10,128 nucleotides of DNA from Candidatus Caldarchaeum sp. (GTDB lineage Archaea > Thermoproteota > Nitrososphaeria_A > Caldarchaeales > Caldarchaeaceae), in the NCBI GenBank assembly GCA_038844785.1, contig JAWBRA010000045.1, forward strand, positions 1 through 10,128, in the 5' to 3' direction. The position numbers and the translations under genes were made by a program. How positions within the stretch are numbered: the stretch's first letter is position 1; each line of letters opens with the position of its first letter. Below are positions 7,108 to 10,128 of this stretch, in pieces. The notes beneath the pieces are model-generated. The model saw only the letters and a list, made by a program, of their open reading frames with translations, was not told the origin of the DNA and searched no databases.

Positions 7108-7383
7108 TTCTGAGCAGTTTGATGAAAGTCAAAATGATGTCCTTACCTTACGAAGTTTGAAGGGCCGTTAGGCCTATCCCTGCCATTGATGCTGTTGCCT
7201 CGGTCTCCAGCAGCTTTAAGCACAATAAAGAAGCGGTGAATCATGTTTCAAACCCGCCGGCGTGGCGATTCCCACTAGCTCCTTTTGAATTTTGTAGCGG
7301 CTGGGTCTTCTACGCTTTCGAAGCCTGCTGTTACGGCGATCTACTTCTTCAGCTGAACATGACAAGATTTAATAGGCCTACCC

Positions 7384-8106
7384 ATGAAGAGTCTTGGGAA
7401 AGCCTTGGCCGTCCGTATCAAGAGGACTATCTTCAGGCTGCTGAAGGAGGATGAGGAGTTCAGGTATGCTGTGGCTGGTCTCCTCGGCTTGGAGGAGATA
7501 CTTAAACGCCTCGACAGACATGAGGCGGAGCTCGTCAAGCTTAGGGAAGACATGCTACAAGGTTTCAGAAGACATGACGAGGAACTGGCGAGCCTAAGGG
7601 AGGAGACCAACAGACTGAGGGAGGATATGATAGCAGGTTTCAGAAGACATGACGAAGAGCTGGCGAGCCTAAGGGAGGAGACTAATAGGCTGAGGCAGGA
7701 TATGGCTAGGGGTTTTGAGCTGGTGAACCGTCATCTTGACGCGTTGGGTGCTAGGTGGGGGATTATGGCCGAGTCTGCTTTCAGAGAGGGGTTGAGGGGG
7801 ATTCTCGAAAAGGAGCTGGGGCTGGTTGTGGAGAGGTGGACGGCCTATGACGAGGATGGCTATGTGTACGGGTATCCCAGCGCGGTGGACGTAGACGTGG
7901 CTGTGAAGGATGGTAAGACCATTCTGGTGGAGGTCAAGTCTCACGTGAGACGCTCCGATGTCAACGAGTTCAGGAGGAAGGTGGAGTTTTACGGCTTGAA
8001 GACGGGTAAGCCTGTTGACCGTAAGGTGATGGTCACGCCTTATGTGGAGGAGGGGGCGTTAGAGGCTGCGAAGCAGCTGGAGATAGAGGTGTATACAAGG
8101 GTTTAG
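7384..8106 (+). CDS. PD-(D/E)XK coiled-coil endonuclease, short allele
   Basis: N- and C-terminal domains identical in protein sequence to 3219-4340; 3 repeat modules. Confidence 0.9.
   Translation: MKSLGKALAVRIKRTIFRLLKEDEEFRYAVAGLLGLEEILKRLDRHEAELVKLREDMLQGFRRHDEELASLREETNRLREDMIAGFRRHDEELASLREETNRLRQDMARGFELVNRHLDALGARWGIMAESAFREGLRGILEKELGLVVERWTAYDEDGYVYGYPSAVDVDVAVKDGKTILVEVKSHVRRSDVNEFRRKVEFYGLKTGKPVDRKVMVTPYVEEGALEAAKQLEIEVYTRV
7516..7719 (+). repeat. 3 in-frame modules (18, 25, 25 aa)
   Basis: RHEAELVKLREDMLQGFR / RHDEELASLREETNRLREDMIAGFR / RHDEELASLREETNRLRQDMARGFE. Confidence 0.95.
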
Positions 8107-8132
8107 AAAACTGGTTCAACAGCCAGGTTACG

Positions 8133-8158
8133 AAAGCATTTTAACCCGTTAAAGCTTT
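8133..8158 (+). promoter_or_regulatory. BRE/TATA of the HEPN-MNT operon inside an imperfect palindrome
   Basis: AAAGC-AT-TTTAAC-CC-GTTAAA-GCTTT; TTTTAA at 8139-8144 is about 25 bp before TTG 8169. Confidence 0.6.
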
Positions 8159-8168
8159 GTGCTGAGCG

Positions 8169-8570
8169 TTGAAGAACCTTGAGGAGGGGCTGAGGTGGTT
8201 TGAGCAGGCTGAGGCAGACCTGAAGACAGCCCGCGACTGCTTAGAGGACGGCAACTTCTATGCAACAGCCTTCTTCAGCCAGCAAGCGGCGGAAAAATCC
8301 TTGAAAGGTCTGCTCTACTCCAAGGGCTATAGAGCTTTGATAACCCATTCTGTGACGGAGCTTCTTGAAGAGGCTGGGAAGCATCACGATGTTTTTAAAG
8401 AGTTTATGGATCAGGGGCGGGAGCTGGACAGACACTACATAGGCAGCAGGTATCCCAACTTTTACCCTAAAGGGCCCGCGTTTAAATACTACAGCTACGA
8501 AATAGCATCCAGATGCTTAAACTACGCCGAGTCGATATTGAACGCAGTCAAGAGGTTCTTGCTAAGCTGA
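8169..8570 (+). CDS. HEPN domain protein (HEPN-MNT module)
   Basis: WFEQAEADLKTA, FFSQQAAEKSLKG, THSVTEL and LDRHYIGSRYP motifs of the archaeal HEPN family. Confidence 0.93.
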   Translation: MKNLEEGLRWFEQAEADLKTARDCLEDGNFYATAFFSQQAAEKSLKGLLYSKGYRALITHSVTELLEEAGKHHDVFKEFMDQGRELDRHYIGSRYPNFYPKGPAFKYYSYEIASRCLNYAESILNAVKRFLLS

Positions 8571-8908
8571 ACAGGTATGTGGATAAGCTCGTGGCGCTCC
8601 TCCAGCCGGAGCTGATAATGCTCTTCGGCTCGTTTGCATCGGGCGACGTCAACGAAGGCTCTGACGTAGACCTTCTGGTAGTGGCTCCTTTCCAGGAGCC
8701 TTTTCTGGACAGGATAAAGCTCATGCTGACCCTTAATCAAGAATCCATACCCCTGGAGCCTGTAGGCTACACCGCTGAGGAGTTTGAGGAAATGGTTTTC
8801 AGAAGAAGCCCATTTATTCAGATGGTAGTTGAGGCCGGGAGAATACTTTATAAAACAGAGAGGGGGGCAGGAATTTTAGAAAAGGCTAAACAACTTCTAT
8901 CACAGTAG
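8513..8908 (+). CDS. Minimal nucleotidyltransferase (MNT, pol-beta fold)
   Basis: LFGSFASGDVNEGSDVDLLVV matches GS-x10-DxD; overlaps the HEPN gene. Confidence 0.93.
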   Translation: MLKLRRVDIERSQEVLAKLNRYVDKLVALLQPELIMLFGSFASGDVNEGSDVDLLVVAPFQEPFLDRIKLMLTLNQESIPLEPVGYTAEEFEEMVFRRSPFIQMVVEAGRILYKTERGAGILEKAKQLLSQ

Positions 8909-9176
8909 GCTTTGAGTACGCAGACCTTCAAACCATTGTGCGTAAATTTTTAAGAGTTGTGCAAGGATGGGAAACTCCATCCAATCCAAGAAGCGTTGAT
9001 AAACTACCGCTGCCTACAACCAGAACATAGTCAACCATCGCTTGTTAAAAGCTCTGAGACGCTCTTATTTCTCTTGATTTTTCTCAATATTCGGTTGCGG
9101 TTGGGGCGTTTATCGCTGTTGGGGAAGGTTTGACAGCATTTCTGAGGCTCTATCGTAAACCCTATGAGGAGTCCTG

Positions 9177-10128
9177 CTAGGAGGGTTGTTGCTGCGATTG
9201 CCGCGGTGGTTTTCTTCTCCCGAGCATGTATATCCATGAGCCTGCACCTGCTACTGTTAGCAGGGTGGCTGTGGATGTAGATAAGGGGATAGCTATGGTT
9301 TTCTCCGTCTCATAGCTGTCAAGGGTTACGGTGTTTTTTCCAGACCAGCTTGAGGCTGTTACGGCGATTTTCTCGGGTGGGATGGCTGGCAGGACAGCCT
9401 GTCCGAGAAGGTTTGCTGAAGCCTTGATGTCTGGGAAAGCCCAAACGCTTGCTAGGGGTTCGGGCAGGCCCAGTATGTCTACGACCTTTATCCTGACTGT
9501 TCTAAGCCTTGTCGGCAGGATGTGCTGGCCTGCCGTGTCTATCTTCACAGCCCCTCCTCCAGCCACTTCATACCCTCTGAAGACGATGGACTCTACTGTC
9601 TGGACGCCTTCAGGAACGTATGATGCTGGAGGTTTGTAGATTGTTTTAGAACCGTCCTCCCCTACTAGGACTACCTGTTCAGGCTCCAGCGTCATCGCAT
9701 CCCCGGCCTCGATGAAGAACGTGGTCATGTAGTTTCTGGCGTATTCCACGGATATTTCAACAGGTTTCGTGATTTTTATCATATCTTCATCCGTCTTCAC
9801 TCCGTCGACCAGAACCTTCTTCAGGACGAGTTTGGTTCCGTTTCCCAGCTCTATGGATTTGGGGAAGTCCAGATTGTAGATAGTGCCTTCTTCGACGTGT
9901 TTCTCAAACCCGGCGACGGGGCTTTTAACCACAAGCCTGTGGTACACACGCCATTCAACCTTTACCACCGTGGGTTTTTCGACGGTGAATTTCATCAGAG
10001 CCATGGCTCCCTGCACCCTTCCATCCCACTGCCCCACTATTCTCCCGTCCATGGTGTGAGCTGTCATGTTTCTGAGCTCTATGCGTGTTCCGTTTCCGAA
10101 GTCTGTTGAAGCAGGCATGACTGTGAAG
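9177..10128 (-). CDS. C-terminal part of a membrane-anchored, beta-rich extracellular protein (start beyond the right edge)
   Basis: The frame is open to the window edge. Beta-sandwich/carboxypeptidase-regulatory-like segment VRIKVVDILGLPEPLASV, NGT/NMT sequons and a TM segment TATLLTVAGAGSWIYML followed by GRRK. Confidence 0.85.
   Translation of the reverse strand, partial: FTVMPASTDFGNGTRIELRNMTAHTMDGRIVGQWDGRVQGAMALMKFTVEKPTVVKVEWRVYHRLVVKSPVAGFEKHVEEGTIYNLDFPKSIELGNGTKLVLKKVLVDGVKTDEDMIKITKPVEISVEYARNYMTTFFIEAGDAMTLEPEQVVLVGEDGSKTIYKPPASYVPEGVQTVESIVFRGYEVAGGGAVKIDTAGQHILPTRLRTVRIKVVDILGLPEPLASVWAFPDIKASANLLGQAVLPAIPPEKIAVTASSWSGKNTVTLDSYETEKTIAIPLSTSTATLLTVAGAGSWIYMLGRRKPPRQSQQQPS

Larger units (their letters stand above)
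7335..8124 (+). repeat. Copy 2 of the duplicated nuclease cassette
   Basis: See 3170-4358. It is 399 bp shorter, entirely within the repeat array. Confidence 0.95.

Noticed and set aside
7271-7278. CTAGTGGG match (minus strand) to the predicted TnpB guide
   Set aside because: Only 8 nt and it misses the first guide bases; compatible with chance.
7110-7330. C/D-box sRNA or gene remnant between vapB and the cassette
   Set aside because: CTGA (7110) precedes TGATGA (7120), which is the wrong order, and no frame gives a recognisable protein. The region is left unexplained.
3170-8124. Diversity-generating retroelement template/variable repeat pair
   Set aside because: No reverse transcriptase in the window, and the differences are repeat number and T/G or T/C changes, not adenine-specific.
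9129-9140. TTGACAGCAT resembling the IS6 right end TTGACAGTAT (6347-6356)
   Set aside because: No adjacent transposase-like sequence and no partner end recognised.

Overview
Archaeal accessory region of about 50% GC. It has TATA-box promoters about 25 bp upstream of start codons, and a Thermoproteota/Aigarchaeota-like host is my inference. Two cell-surface genes run off the window ends: a secreted, sequon-rich S-layer-like glycoprotein at 1-1663 (-), missing from the ORF track, and a membrane-anchored protein at 9177-10128 (-). Between them is a defence/mobilome island. It holds a deleted surface-protein pseudogene, an 11-aa-repeat coiled-coil gene and its decayed paralog, and two copies of a coiled-coil PD-(D/E)XK nuclease cassette (COG5493/DUF3782-like). 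It also holds a decayed IS200/IS605 tnpB with its right end and omegaRNA region, a winged-helix gene, an internally deleted IS6 remnant, an AbrB-VapC pair and a HEPN-MNT pair. The most striking feature is the nuclease cassette (promoter, gene, short tail). The copies are near-identical outside the repeat array but carry 10 versus 3 coiled-coil modules, and the second is flanked by a possible 6-bp target-site duplication. All alignments and translations beyond the ORF track were done by eye.
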